From Octopus vulgaris (taxonomy: Eukaryota), in NCBI GenBank assembly GCA_951406725.2, contig OX597824.1, positions 73,160,001-73,224,000 on the forward strand: 64,000 nt of DNA, written 5' to 3'. The notes below the pieces were generated by a model. It saw only the letters and a list, made by a program, of their open reading frames with translations, had not been told where the DNA came from and ran no database searches. How positions within the stretch are numbered: the stretch's first letter is position 1; each line of letters opens with the position of its first letter. The position numbers and the translations under genes are program-made. This document shows, piece after piece, positions 44,324 to 57,418 of this stretch.

Positions 44324-46344
44324 TGTGTCGTAAGAGAGCTAACTAGATCATGTCTTTTCTCTCCGATGTCTAGATGCCAAAAAAAGAATTCGCAAGGCCT
44401 CGTGTCAGAATCTCACCGCTGAAGCGCCATCTAGTGCGAGCTTGTTTAAACCCGCTGTCAAGGGAGGTAACTGCGCCTACAGAACCCCCTGGACCTGAAG
44501 CGTTCGATCAAGAGGAAGGTAGGCCGAGTACGTGTGCGGTAGAAGGGCACAGAAGAATGAAACATGGCAAAACAGTTGTATGAACAATGCAAAGTACAAA
44601 TTTGGAGGAAGCATGCAGAAAAAATGTTTGTTCTTGTAGAGAACAATATGTGCGATACACAGAACCCGAACTATGGCAGAACAATTGAAAAATACAATGC
44701 AAGTATGTACAAGGAAAAAAGCGTTCAGTAAAGAAATGTGTCCAATCAAATAGAACAAAGTATATATGTACAATGATACAGAAAGAGAGAAAATATGAAT
44801 ACGGTGTCTATAACAACATAAGTCTATTCTCCGGAACAGTCACTGGCGAGGCAAAATTAAGAAATGTAAATAGTCTGAGACAATTTCTTCGGCCAGTGAA
44901 CCGATCTGCCAGAACGTGTCCTGTAAGGTGAAGAATGCGCTTGTGCAGGTGGTGTTTCAGTAAGTGGAGGTGGTGCTCGTGGGGGTGGGTGGCAGTGTCT
45001 GTGGAATGATGGGTGTGTCAGCAAGTGGCATAAATGTTTCGGAAAAGACCTTTTTTTACTCAGTCTCTTTTTCCCCGTGAATATCCACAGGGAACAGTTT
45101 CGGTGTGCTTCTAAGAACGCGATAGGGTCCACTGTAGGGAGACGTGAGTGGTCCCTTGACGGCATCATTTCTTACAAACACGTGAATCCAAGTAAAAATA
45201 TCTGGAAGTACTGTAGAAGAAATAGACTGGTCGCGAGGAAGCATCGGTGGTAGATCAGCAAAGAATGACCTGAGTCGAGTAACATAAGATGTGGGGTACG
45301 CATTCGGTAAGTCAACGGGCGCCAGCATTTGTCCAGGAAGTGCTAAGGTGGTGCCATACAAGAGCTCAGCGGAGGAGTAGCCTAAATCATCCTTGACAGC
45401 TGAGCGGCACCCCAGCAAAACAATGGGGAGAAACTCCGACCAGTGATGTGGATCAGGAGCCGCGCGAATAGCGGCTTTAAGCTGGCGGTGGAATCGTTTC
45501 ACCATTCCGTTTGCGGCGGGATTGTAACTTGTGGTGTGGATGTGCTGAACTCCGAACATTCTCTCGAAAGCTCACGAAACAGACAAGCTTCAAATTGGCG
45601 TCCACGATCAGTGGTAATTCTAGAGGGTACTCCGAAGCGATATATCCAGCCGGCGGCGAGCTGGCAGAAACGTTAGCACGCCGGGCGAAATGCGTAGCCG
45701 TATTTCGTCTGCCGTTACGTTCTGAGTTCAAATTCCGCCGAGGTCGACTTTGCCTTTCATCCTTTCGGGGTCGATAAATTAAGTACCAGTTACGCACTGG
45801 GGTCGATATAATCGACTTAATCCGTTTGTCTGTCCTTGTTTATCCCCTCTATGTTTAGCCCTTTGTGGGTAGTAAAGAAATGGATATATCCACCCGGAGA
45901 TGAGTGTTCTCGCGACTGTTTCCGTGGAAATGTCCACGAGAGAGATGGCTTCAGGCCATCTGGAGAAAAGGTCGATGCAGGTCAATATATAAGTAAATCT
46001 GCAACTAACCGGCCAAGGACCAACCAGGTCGATGTGTATGTGACGGAACCTGGTGTCTGGTGGCTAGAAGTGCCCAAGTGGTGCTCTCACGTGACGATGC
46101 ACCTTGGAACGCTGACATGGTAGACAGGCACGTGACCAAGCAGTAGTAGACCGACGCATATTCGGCCAGAAAAAGCGGGCCGAGATAAGCTTCACTGCGG
46201 CCGCAATGCCGAGGTGTGACAGTGAATGCAGTGCTTCAAAAACAGCACGACGGTCATGTTTAGGAACGAGAGGTCGTTACTGAACATGACCGTCTAGTGC
46301 GAGCTTGTTTAAACCCGCTGTCAAGAGAAGTAACTGCGCCTACA
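44324..46344 (-). mobile_element. Internally deleted Gypsy/Ty3 LTR retrotransposon (integrase plus LTR remnants)
   Basis: HHCC (H..SHLG..FFWP..C..CQ), [44 protein letters not shown]; 52-bp LTR start duplicated at 44430-44481 and 46293-46344 (TGTAGG on minus); purine tract AGGGGGTTC before the 3' LTR; left boundary uncertain, no TSD found. Confidence 0.88.
45652..45882 (+). mobile_element. SINE family A inserted in the Gypsy integrase
   Basis: 15-bp TSD GATATATCCA(G/C)CCGG at 45639-45653 and 45883-45897. Confidence 0.93.
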
Positions 46345-46599
46345 AAAGGATGGAGTATCTTAATACCGGCTTGGGCCATGTATTCATTGCTTGGATAAGA
46401 TTCCCTCCAATTAATTTCGTTTCGAGCACCTTCCTAATTCATTTCTGTTACTCTATGAAGATATTTTTCTCTCGTCTCATCTTCCATTATCCTGTCGTCG
46501 TGCAGCAACCCTTCGTACTTCTCAATCTTTTTCAACGAACTAATATCATCTTGCTGAAAAAGACCTGATATCATCTTGAGTAGAAGTGCATAGCTTAGT

Positions 46600-47040
46600 C
46601 TCATGGTCTCATGGTCTCAAGAATTTGTCTTATGAAGAAAGGCTGAGGACGCTCGACCTTTATTCTCTAGAAAAACGCCGCCGCCGTGGTGATCTCATTC
46701 TCGCTCACAACATCATAAGCGGAAAGTGTAACCTCTCGAAAGAGCTGTTCTTCACTCCTGCTCCAGAGCGTCGGCTGCGGGGTCATTCCGAAAAGCTCTA
46801 CCTGCGACGATTTCATCTCAATCGAAGGAGAGGAGCTTTCTCCGTCCGGGTTGCAGATCCGTGAAACAAGCTGCCAGACGAGATGGTGAAGATGCCGACG
46901 ACCGCTTTGTTCAAAGTCTCCCTTGACCTCAAGTGGCCTGAACTCTTTACATGAACACCACCCTGTACTTAACTCCATGTCCCCCTACATGGCCTTGCTT
47001 TTTGCCTTTGAGCCAAAAAATTAACTAACTAACTAACTAG
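46600..47040 (+). mobile_element. CR1-clade LINE 3' end
   Basis: GLKNLSYEERLRTLDLYSLEKRR.RGDLI, RLRGHSEKL, FSVRV...NKLP; (CTAA)n tail. Confidence 0.9.
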
Positions 47041-47339
47041 TGATTAGGTAGTTAAACTCATGATCATAAGATTGTGGTTTCGATTCCTGGGCTGGGTGAT
47101 GCGTTGTATTTTTGAGCAAAACATTTCATTTCATGTTGCTCCCCTCAGCTCGTAAAAATGAATAACCCTGTAACGGACCGGCGACCCGTCCAAGGGGGAA
47201 TATATATATATATATACGCCAGAGAAACCGGGAAACCAGCCCTATGCTTCTTACGGTGTAATGTGAACTAACCCAATATCATCTTGTGGTAATTTTATAC
47301 CAATCGAATTTATATTTTGGCTTCTCTTCATAATTAACA

Positions 47340-47895
47340 GTGGCACTCCGTCGGTTACGACGACGAGGGTTCCAGTTGATTGGATCAACGGAACTGCCTG
47401 CTCGTTCTGCTGGCAGAAACGTTAGCACGCCGGGCGAAATGCTTAGCGGTGTTTCGTCTGTCTTTACGTTCTCAGTTCAAATTCCACCGAGGTCGACTTT
47501 GCCTTTCATCCTTCGGGGTCGATTAAAATAAGTACCAGTTACACACTGGGGTCGATATAATCGACGTAATCCGTTTGTCTGTCATTGTTTGTCCCCTCTG
47601 TGTATAGCACCTTGTGGGCAGTAAAGAAATAAGAACTGCCTGCTCGTAAAATTAACATGCAAGTGGTTGAGCACTCCACAGACACATGTACCTTTAACGT
47701 AGTTCTCAGGGAGATTCAGCGAGTCACAGAGTGTGACAAGGCTGGCCCTTTGAAATACAGGTACTACTCATTTTCACCAGCTGGAGCAACGTGAAATAAA
47801 GTACCTTGCTCAAAGACATAATGCGCAGCTGGGAATTGAACTCAAGGCCTTACGATCGTGATCCGAATATCCTAGCGTCTAAGCCACGTGCCTCC
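47340..47895 (-). mobile_element. Chimeric SINE (family D head/core plus family C tail) containing a family A insertion (47406-47632, +)
   Basis: Perfect 15-bp TSD GAACTGCCTGCTCGT at 47391-47405 and 47633-47647. Confidence 0.85.
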
Positions 47896-48668
47896 ATCTA
47901 ATTAACACTACCCAACTATTTACCCCAAACCGCGTTCCAATTTCCTTCTTAAATTCTCTTATTGTTTGGCTCAGAGGATCCAAGTTTTTTTTTCGGATTT
48001 TGTATAGTGTGAAATCATGTTCATAAAGCAGGTGATTTATTTTCACCTTGGTTTTGGTAAATCCATAGATAGGCCTGGATTTTCAACACCTCATATCAGA
48101 GGGATTAACGTAACGTAGTAACGAAAAGAGCGAATTTCCCTGGAATATTCCCTTGCGTATTTTTCACGTTTCCTTACGATTTATTTGCGCAAGTTATCTC
48201 TACTTTCCACGAACCCATTGCTTTTCCCCCAAAACCTGTTTATCTTCTCGTTAATCCCGAGTGTCCTCAGGCATTGCAAGAGCCAGCAGGGTGGAATATT
48301 CTCATAAGCCTCTTTTGTATTCTATCGATCCAGCAGTTAAATTCTTCTTTCTTACTCCTACCTCGATTAGTTTCCTACGTCAATATACTGCATATCAGCA
48401 ATTTCTTTTCTTACTTCTTTCTGCATCTTTTTTGCTCCTCTAACAATAGAGTCTCCTTCTCCAGCAAAACTACACAAGCACGCAATAGGTCAATAATTAC
48501 TGACTTCTCTTTCTTTCTTCCTTGTCCTACTATAACAGCAGTCTTTCTTTTTGTCATCCTTTTAATGTTCCATTTTCTATACTGTCTGTGAGAAACAGTT
48601 GCAGTTGCTGTTGTTGTTGTTCTTCTTATTATTATTATTGTTGTTGTTGTTGTTATTATCATTATTAT

Positions 48669-48935
48669 TCAGTAGTCTTATTTTTATCACGTGCTTTCAC
48701 TGCACAACCGAGCGCAGCTCTGTGTGCCTTGGGTATGTGCTGTGGTTTGTTGTGATGCTCTTATTTTTACTGTATTGAAAGTGTTTTACGGAGGATGCGT
48801 GCGGTACCTAGTAGTCCTATTTCCTGTATGTTAATATACTTGTTAGTACTGGTATTTTTGTTATGTATTTGTCTGAATGTTTTTTTATCATACGTAATGC
48901 GCCTACTATGATAGGAATTGTTTCTGTTTTTAGAC
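48669..48935 (-). mobile_element. R4/Dong-like LINE 3' end with (TAA)n tail
   Basis: LKTETIPIIVGAL...LLGTARILRKTLSIQ*, short UTR, then (AAT)/(AAC) repeats. Confidence 0.8.
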
Positions 48936-48969
48936 ACCTCTATTTCTAGATTTTATTGTTGTTGTTGTA

Positions 48970-49014
<45 letters not shown>

Positions 49015-49617
49015 GAGTGAGAAAGCAGTTCATGCCATCAAAGTGACACTGGGGTAAAATATACGAAGCCCAATATACCCATCATGACTACCCGTCTGAT
49101 AAGGGTACACCAGGCACATGCATCACAACCATATGTGCACGACATAGTGATCTCATAACAAGATAAACAGCACATGACCTTGCAAGTGGGGCCCAGTTAG
49201 AATTTTCTTCAGGTTGAGTAGCCCATCCCGCTCAAAAGGTCCCTGAATAAGGGTTGTTTAAGGGTGTTGAAAGAACCACCCATGTTTCCAGAGGTGAATT
49301 ATTCAAACCCCAAATAATCCCTCTCAACACATGGCTATAATGCTCCCCCACTACTTCAGCTCGTGATCAGAGTTGCACATATCGTCAGCCACTAAAGGAC
49401 ATGCCCAACTGGTTAAGGTCAAACAACTGAGAAGCAAATCTGTGGTATTGAGCAGAATATTTGCTGTAGCCCATCTTTTATACCAAGACAAATCAATGTA
49501 CATGATAACACTTCCAATCAGTTAAGATCAGAAGCCATGAGAACCAGTACATGGTGCTTAGAACCAGTACCTGGTGCTGAGAACCAGTACCTGGTGCTGA
49601 GAACCAGTACCTGGTGC

Positions 49618-49651
<34 letters not shown>

Positions 49652-49903
49652 CATTATTATTATCATTATTATTATTGAGTGAGAGAGCCGTGCATGCTAT
49701 CAAAGTGACACTGGGGTAAAATATACAAAGCCCAGTATACCCATCATGACTACCCGTCTGAAAAGGGTACACCAGGCACATGCATCACAACCATATGTGC
49801 GCGACATGGTGATCTCATATCAAGATGAACAGCACATGACCTTGCAGGTGGGGCCCAGTTAGAATTTTCTTGTGGTCGAGTAACCCATCCCGCTCAAAAG
49901 GTC
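49015..49903 (-). mobile_element. Two (AAT)n-tailed retroposon copies (49015-49560, 49676-49903) separated by (TTA)n
   Basis: Reverse complement of the 31719-32195 unit; each begins at (TTA)n-TTGAGTGAGA. Confidence 0.88.
49539..49618. repeat. 20-bp tandem repeat x4 (GAGAACCAGTACCTGGTGCT)
   Basis: Direct reading; no spacers. Confidence 0.9.
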
Positions 49904-49913
49904 CTATATTATA

Positions 49914-49953
<40 letters not shown>

Positions 49954-50670
49954 GAAAGAAGGGAAGAAAGATATAATGAGAGAGAGAGGCGAAAGGAAAC
50001 ATGAAGAAATTCATTTACACACGTATGCACACACGCACACACACATACATACACCACACGCGCATGCGCGCGCGCACACAAACGCACGCAGACACACACA
50101 TACATACATACATACATACATACATACATACATACATACAAACATACATGTTCGCCGACGAGGACCATTCTTAAGGATGCCTGATGAATTGTGCAGTGAC
50201 TTTGTTGAAAGCAAAGAAAAATGTGCACCGTTTTTTGAAGCTGGCTAGCTTTGAATTTCGCGGGTTGTAGTAGTTCGCCGCGCGGTCGGTTTGTTCTGGT
50301 TTCCTGGGCGTATGCGTCACATGACACCACATCAAACAGACCCTGCTTTAGAAATGCATTAATTTGTATATGTTATACAATTTTGTTTTTTTTTTACTTT
50401 TGGCTGTTTATTTTATATTTTCGTTATATATTTAGCCAGTGTCCAGAAATCCGGACCACCTCCGGTGCCAAGATTGCCGTATAAAAGTTTCGGTACCTGT
50501 ACATACATACATACATGCATACATACATACTCTCCTTTGTGTGAGTGTGTGTGTGTGTGTGTATGTGTGTGTACCCATCACATCCGTTCCTATATTTATT
50601 TGTATATGTGTGTGTGTATGTATATATATATATATAAATATATATATATATTTATATATGTATATATATT

Positions 50671-50705
<35 letters not shown>

Positions 50706-50806
50706 ATGTATGTATGTATGTATGTATGTATATATATATATATATATAAACTTACTTGGAGAAGAGAAATAGAGAAATAACGCGTGCGTTCGGTCATATA
50801 ATAACA

Positions 50807-51325
50807 ATATAATAAATAAATAAAATATATGCATATATACATACATATATGTACATACTTACATCTATATGTATATATACATGCATATATGTATATATAT
50901 GAGTACAGGACACCACAAATAAACGTAGAACACAACGAGAAAAACGAAAACATAAAATCAAACAAGGAAACGGTCTTTTTTTTAACAACGAAAAAACAGA
51001 GTACAGGACAAACAATACAAGGAAAATTCCCCTTCGTCAGCTGCCCCTGGTTCGACTCAATGCGTACCTCCGAAACACGCATTGAGTCGAACCAAGGGCA
51101 GCTGATGAAGGGGAATTTTCCTTGTATTGTTTGTCCTGTACTCTGTTTTTTCGTTGTTAAAAAAAAGACCGTTTCCTTGTTTGATTTTATGTTTTCGTTT
51201 CTCGTTGTGTTCTACGTTTATTTGTGGTGTCCTGTACTCATATATATACATATATGCATGTATATATACATATAGATGTAAGTATGTACATATATGTATG
51301 TATATATGCATATATTTTATTTATT

Positions 51326-51333
<8 letters not shown>
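50807..51333. repeat. Near-perfect inverted repeat, ~257-259-bp arms, 11-nt loop
   Basis: Left arm 50807-51065, loop ACCTCCGAAAC, right arm 51077-51333; two substitutions and one 2-nt indel seen. Confidence 0.95.
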
Positions 51334-51366
<33 letters not shown>

Positions 51367-51936
51367 ATGCAAGATGGGACAAGAACGCAAAACATCCGGA
51401 CAACTAAATGATACAAAAAGGGACAACAAAACATCCAGCTAGACGATACAATGAAAACAAGGACGAGTCATTCGAAGTTTTCTATCTTCAGTCAAGAACC
51501 AGATTATCCTCGCAATTTCGGCTGATTATTCATGAGATTATATATATAATCAATTTAAATGTCCTTGTCAAGCTGGTAAGACATGACAGACTCAGAAAGG
51601 TGTTATAATGCTTCTGATATTAATGAAGAAACTAAAACAAACGCAGAAGACTAAAATGAAGAAAGGAGATAGTAATCCAGAGAAAGAACAGTGAAATGTT
51701 TCAGTTGTTAAATCTTTTTTAAAACCTCCATGAATTGGAAGATCTTATTGTACAATACACTGTACGCCTACAACTTTGGTAGCCATTTTGGAACCAATTT
51801 TGAAATGTCGTCTCTAAGGCTTTTTATTTTTGCATTGGAACACATAATACCATAAAGTTCCTTGAACAGTCTTTAGAAGAGCAAAAATAAAGGCGATTTC
51901 ATACAATCTTTTCGTAAGAGAACATATTTTACAAAG

Positions 51937-52081
51937 TACAGTAATGCCTCAATATACGAGTTAATTCACACTCGGAGAACTCACGCAAAGCGAAAACTCA
52001 TAAACAAAAAATAAATCTCGTAAATACTCGTAAAACCGGAGTCTCGTAAACCGGGCCCTCGTAAAGTGAAGTATTACTGTA
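51937..52081. mobile_element. pogo/Tigger-type MITE
   Basis: TA-CAGTAATGCCTCAATATACGAG ... CTCGTAAAGTGAAGTATTACTG-TA; subterminal CTCGTAAA repeats. Confidence 0.8.
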
Positions 52082-53169
52082 TTTGTTAACCTAATTCCGT
52101 GTCCGATAAGTGTTGTTACGTTGATAAATCTAAGATAATAGCGGATTAATGAATGAAAATTTATCGCTTGATTCTTTTCAATATTTTTTTCTATGAGTGA
52201 AGGAAAAAATATTTTTGCTGAATAATTTAACTTGTGAAATGCTTGGAATGCTAGTCTATCTATTATTTCTTTTTATGTTCCTTCTATTGCTACTTCATTT
52301 GTTTCCCTTAATATCCAGTTCAAATACACAAATTATTGTTACTTGTTTCTTATTTTCTGCTAAATGATTATCTATTTTGAGGAGAATATTTTCAATTTTT
52401 TTATCTTTTGATCGGATTCCTTTTTGTTTTAGATTTGATGGACTATCGATAAAACGGGAAATTTTTTTATCCATAGAATTTCTTTGGCAGAATCTAAATG
52501 CAGTAAAATTATGATGCACTAACATGTGGAGTTATGTCGAACAGCTGTTATTGCATGTGGGAGGAATATGACTATCGGTTGAATTAATCGTGAAGATCTC
52601 CTCACTAACCATCTTTAAACAAGGCCGGACAGGCGGTGTTCCTCTGTCTAGTGGCTATAGCGAAAGAGGTTGTGTGGTGGACGAGGCTGGAAGGATTAAG
52701 GAAAGACACCTTCCTCTTCGGTCAAGCCTTCATCGGCTTTTTTTAAGTTCCACTTGGAAAAGAAAGTGAGGGTGGAGAGGGAAGTGCTAGCTCCCAGTGA
52801 ATTTGTAAAAAGATGGGTGACTGAAAAAAAGGATTAGAGTGAATAGCCCTACTGTAAGCATGCACCTGCAAGTTGGATAAAAACAGTTGCGAGAGGGCTC
52901 TTGCTTTGGTGGTCAGGGTAATCCTGGATCTGTGGGGTTCCTTGATTGGCCTTAGCTGGAGTTTCTCTTGGTTATCACATATTTTGTATACGTTCATCGC
53001 ATTCCAGCGTCTTTTCCATTTCTTTCTCCACATCCTTTATGTAAATCCTCACGTAAATTGTTGTCTGTCCATTTGATGTCCCCCTCATCTGTGCCCTTTT
53101 GGCTAATAAAAGAAATGCTTCTTCTTCATTTTCCTTTTTTTCTTTTTCTTTTTTTTCTTTTTTTTGCGA

Positions 53170-53558
53170 ATGGCTGTGTGGTAAGTAGACTGCTAACCAA
53201 CCACATGGTTCCGGGTTCAGTCCCACTGCATGGCATCTTGGGCAAGTGTCTTTTGCTATAGCCCCGGGCCGACCAATACCTTGTGAGTGGATTTGGTAGA
53301 CGGAAACTGAAAGAAGCCTGTCTTATATATGTATATATACATATATGTATGTGTGTGTGTGTTTGTCCCCCTAGCATTGCTTGACAACCGATGCTGGTGT
53401 GCTTACGTCCCCGTAACTTAGCGGTTCGGCAAAAGAGACCGATAGAATAAGTACTGGGCTTACAAAGAATAAGTCCCGTGGTCGATTTGCTCGACTAAAG
53501 GCGGTGCTCCAGCATGGCCGCAGTCAAATGACTGAAACAAGTAAAAGAGTAAAAGAGT
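53170..53558 (+). mobile_element. SINE family B
   Basis: Consensus match. Confidence 0.9.
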
Positions 53559-53944
53559 ATACCGGGCAAAGTGATTAGCAGCATTTTGTCCGTCTTTACA
53601 TTTGGAGTTCAAATTCCGCCGGGGTCGACTTTGCTTTTTTGGGGGGCCGATAATATAAGTGCCAGTCGAACGCTGGGATTGATGTAATCGAAATTACTGG
53701 CCTTGTGTACAAGCTGGCAGAACCGCTAGCGCTCCGGGCAGAATGCTTAGCGACATTTCGTCTGTCTTTATGTTCTGACTCCAAATTCTGCCGAGGTCGA
53801 CTTTGCATTTCTTCCTTTCGGGGGCGATGAAATAAGTACCAGTTAAGCACTGGAGTCAATGTAATTGACTGACCCCCTCTCCCTCAAATTCCAGGTCTTG
53901 TGTCTATTGTAGAAAGGATTATTATTGTTTTTTTTTAAATTTTT

Positions 53945-55680
53945 ATTACTTCTCTTTATCACAGGTTTTGTTGGAGCTCCTGGAGCCTTGCATGCGTAGC
54001 GGATTTGCTACTTGCAGCCTACGGTACCATGCTAGCCGGTCTTTGTGCCAAGGAGGCAAACCTTTTATAACAGTTTTACTGGGCCCTCTATTCCAATTTC
54101 TTTTATATTCTCTTTGATGCCTTTTGATACATATTCTCCTTGATGCCTTTTGTTCCCAAGTACCCAACAATAATTGGTACTATCTTCACCTTCTTCATTT
54201 TCTATAGCCGAGCTATTTCGTACTTAAGAGGGCTGTATCTATCTATCTTTTCGCCTTCCTACTTGACTATTCGTGGGTCAAAGGGGCACGCAACATTAAC
54301 TATATAGCATATGTGATGCACTTTGTCAACCACCACTACGTCCGGTCTGTTATGCTCTAGCACCTGATCTGTTTGGATTGGGAAATCCCAGAGAATTTTG
54401 CAAGGGTCCGACTCCGCCACTCTCTGCAGTTTATGTTCATACCATGTCTTGCCTCTCTCTAGCCCTCACTTTTCGCACAGTTTCCATTGTAGCACCTTCG
54501 CTACCTGATCGTGTCGCCACAACTTGTAGTGGTTTGGAGCAAGTCTAAGGCATCCGTCCGTTATATGGGTAATGGTTTCATCCACTCTATTGCAGATGCG
54601 GCACAGCAGAGACACTTGCTCATTCCTAAGGTTGACCCCCCAGTTCGTGGCCAAAGCTTGGTCTTACGCTGTCAGTATTGTGCTCTCGGTCTCTTTTCTC
54701 TGTGTTCCTTTCATCAGCCAATCCCACCTATTTGTTCCAGCAACTTCTGTTGTGGCTAGATGAAATTGATTGCGCAATCCCTTCTTGCATAATTCTTCTT
54801 TATGTTCTTTTTGTACTTCTTTTATTTTTCCTTTTTTCTCTGCTTTCAATACTTCCTCGTTCCTAAATGTCTCTAGCAAGTTTTCCTTTGGACTAGGTAT
54901 CTCATTAAGCTCTCAAATCCAATACGCATGCAGTCTTCCACGCGTATCAGTCTTCTTCCTTCATTTGGCCTCTTCATGTATAGGCGATCAGTGTCTGCAC
55001 GCGGATGATGGGCTCCATGCATCGTTAGGAGCTTTCTTGACTTCCTGTCCATATCCTTTAGCTCTTCCTATGCCCACTTCAAGATTCTAGCACCATACCG
55101 AACTACTGCAACTGCGCACGAGTTTATTACCGAAATTATGCTTCTGGCATTCAGCTTCGAAACCGATATTTTTCTCATTCGCCGCAGGTACTCTTTTCCT
55201 TCATGTCGTTGTGTTTGATTCCATCTACGTCAAGTATCCCCAGCTATTTATACCTGGATTGAGGTTGAATTGCTGTCATCATTTCATCACTTGGCAGCCA
55301 TATATCTTCTGTCCTGACAAGCTTTTTTCGTCTCATCATCATGGTAGCACATTTTGAGAGACCAAACTCCGTCTTAATATCATTGGAGAAAATCCGCACT
55401 GACTGGACTAGGCTGTCCAGTTCAGCCTCAGTTCTTGTGAATAGCTTCAGGTTGTCCATGAATAGCAAGTGGTTTAGTTTTCCCTTATCTCTTCCCAGAT
55501 CATACCCCAACTTTGTTTTCTGTAGTATTCCACTCAAGGGGATCATTTCCAGCACGAAGATCAGCGGGGACACACTGTCCTCCTGGAAGATTTCTCCCTT
55601 GGTTTTCACCTCTTCTAATACTTGATTCTCTGCTGTCAATTCCGTTCTCCAGCATTTCATGCTATTCCATAAATCATTTT
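53945..55680 (-). mobile_element. R4/Dong-like LINE, 3' part (RT C-terminus, zinc knuckle, RLE endonuclease)
   Basis: IFQEDSVSPLIF, NHLLFMDNLKLF, CRIC...ETITHI..GC..LA...Y..RHDQVA, ILWDFPIQTD...NRPDVVVVDK. Confidence 0.9.
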
Positions 55681-55999
55681 TCTGTGTTAAAGACTGCGAA
55701 ACGATCGTCGAAGTTAGATGGATGCCAACTGGGAAAACATATATATCCATGTTATACCTCCTATCTCGCCTCCCTTCTAACGTATTCTAATTCACTACCA
55801 CTCTTATATTCTCTCTTTCTGACTCTGTTTAAATGTATACATAGGGTGCCACAGTATATTTACTTATTCCTTCTACAGTTGACCCAATAAAGGATCCCAA
55901 TTCTCCAAGCCAACTTCAATAATACTCTTCGTCCTCTCTTTTTCTTTATTCGTATTCTTATTCTTTTCCTGAACAAATTTACGCATTTACTCGTTCCTC

Positions 56000-56249
56000 T
56001 TTACCCTTTTACTCTTTTACTTGTTTCAGTCATTTGACTGTGGCCATGCTGGAGCACCCCCTTTAGTCGAGAAAATCAACCCCAGGACTTATTCTTTGTA
56101 AGCCTAGTACTTATTCTATCGGTCTCTTTTGCCGAACCGCTAAGTTACGGGGACGTAAACACACCAGCATCAGTTGTCAAGCGATGATGGGGGATACAAA
56201 CACAGACACACAAACATATACACGCACATACATACATATATATATATGT

Positions 56250-56302
<53 letters not shown>

Positions 56303-56503
56303 TATGTGTGTGTATATATATATATACACACATATCTGCGACGGGCTTCTTTCAGTTTCTGTCTACCAAATCCACTCACAAGGCCTTGGTCGGCCCGAGG
56401 CTATAGTAAAAGACACTTGCCCAAGGTGCCACGCAATGGGACTGAACCCAGAACCATGTAGTTCGTAAGCAAGCTACTTACCACACAGTCATTCCTACGC
56501 CTA
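56000..56503 (-). mobile_element. SINE family B
   Basis: Full-length consensus match. Confidence 0.9.
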
Positions 56504-56529
56504 TATATTATTTCTTCACAAATATGTTT

Positions 56530-57175
56530 CCTTGTTTACATTTGACGGATATTTGTCCTCATCTTGTTTGTTATTAACACGACGTTTCGGCTGATATACT
56601 CTCCAGCCTTCATTAGGTGTCTTAGGATTTAACTAATCCAGTGATATTCATTAAAAACGTTCCTTTAATGGATCAGGCTACATTAAATTGTCTTTTCTGT
56701 GTTAAAGGCTGCGAAATCAACTGGGGGAAACATCTATATCCAGCTTACACCTCCTCTCCCGCCTCCCTTCTAATATATTCTAATTTACTAACACTCTTAT
56801 ATTCTCATTCCTAAGGTCACTGCCTGGAATCGAACTCGGATTCTCGGGGTTAGTAACCACTACGCCATATGCCCGTAGGGAATTATGGAGTGAATTTTAT
56901 GACTTATAAATCTAATATTTTCCTATCCTTCCTTAATACTGGTTCCCTTTTTTTACTCATATCTACACTCGGTCTGCTTAGGAGGTTATTATGTCCTAGC
57001 ATATGTCCTGCTTCTTTTAGTTGTCCTATTTTCCAGTGGTATTCTCTATCTATTGTTTTAACTTCAACACCTGTACAGAATTCCTCATCTCTCAAATATA
57101 GAACTGAAATAGGTTTCCCTTTTCTTCTCTCACTTTGTGCTTTCCACTCATTTTCGACCAAATTTCCTGCGAGTT
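56530..57175 (-). mobile_element. Penelope-like element 3' end: endonuclease C-terminus, tRNA-like segment, hammerhead
   Basis: IDREYHWKI.QLKEA.HMLGHNNLLSRPS (GIY-YIG C-terminal-like); box A TGGCGTAGTGG 56857-56867, box B GAGTTCGATTCC 56826-56837; hammerhead 56576-56621. Confidence 0.65.
56576..56621 (-). ncRNA. Minimal type I hammerhead motif, probably inactivated (G5A)
   Basis: GACAC-CTAATGA-A-GGCTG-GAGAGTATAT-CAGCC-GAAA-C-GTC-GTGTT; palindromic ACGT stem III, GUC triplet. Confidence 0.7.
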
Positions 57176-57418
57176 AACATGAGTCGCCTTGACGACAATG
57201 TAACCTTCGTTTGACTAAGATATCTTTGGCCTGACGGGTAGCTAGTGGTTACTCCTCGTTTGGGTAATTACTACTTCCGAGGTTTCGCTAGCTATGAAAC
57301 ATATAAAGCCTAAATTTATAATGTACATATATATATATGTACATTATACATATATATACACATATATATATATGTGTGTATGTGTGTGTGTGTGTATTGT
57401 TGTTGTTGTTGTTGTTGT

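Noticed and set aside
50180-50362. CTGATGA ... GAAATGCATT possible hammerhead with very long stem II
   Set aside because: Stem I cannot be formed
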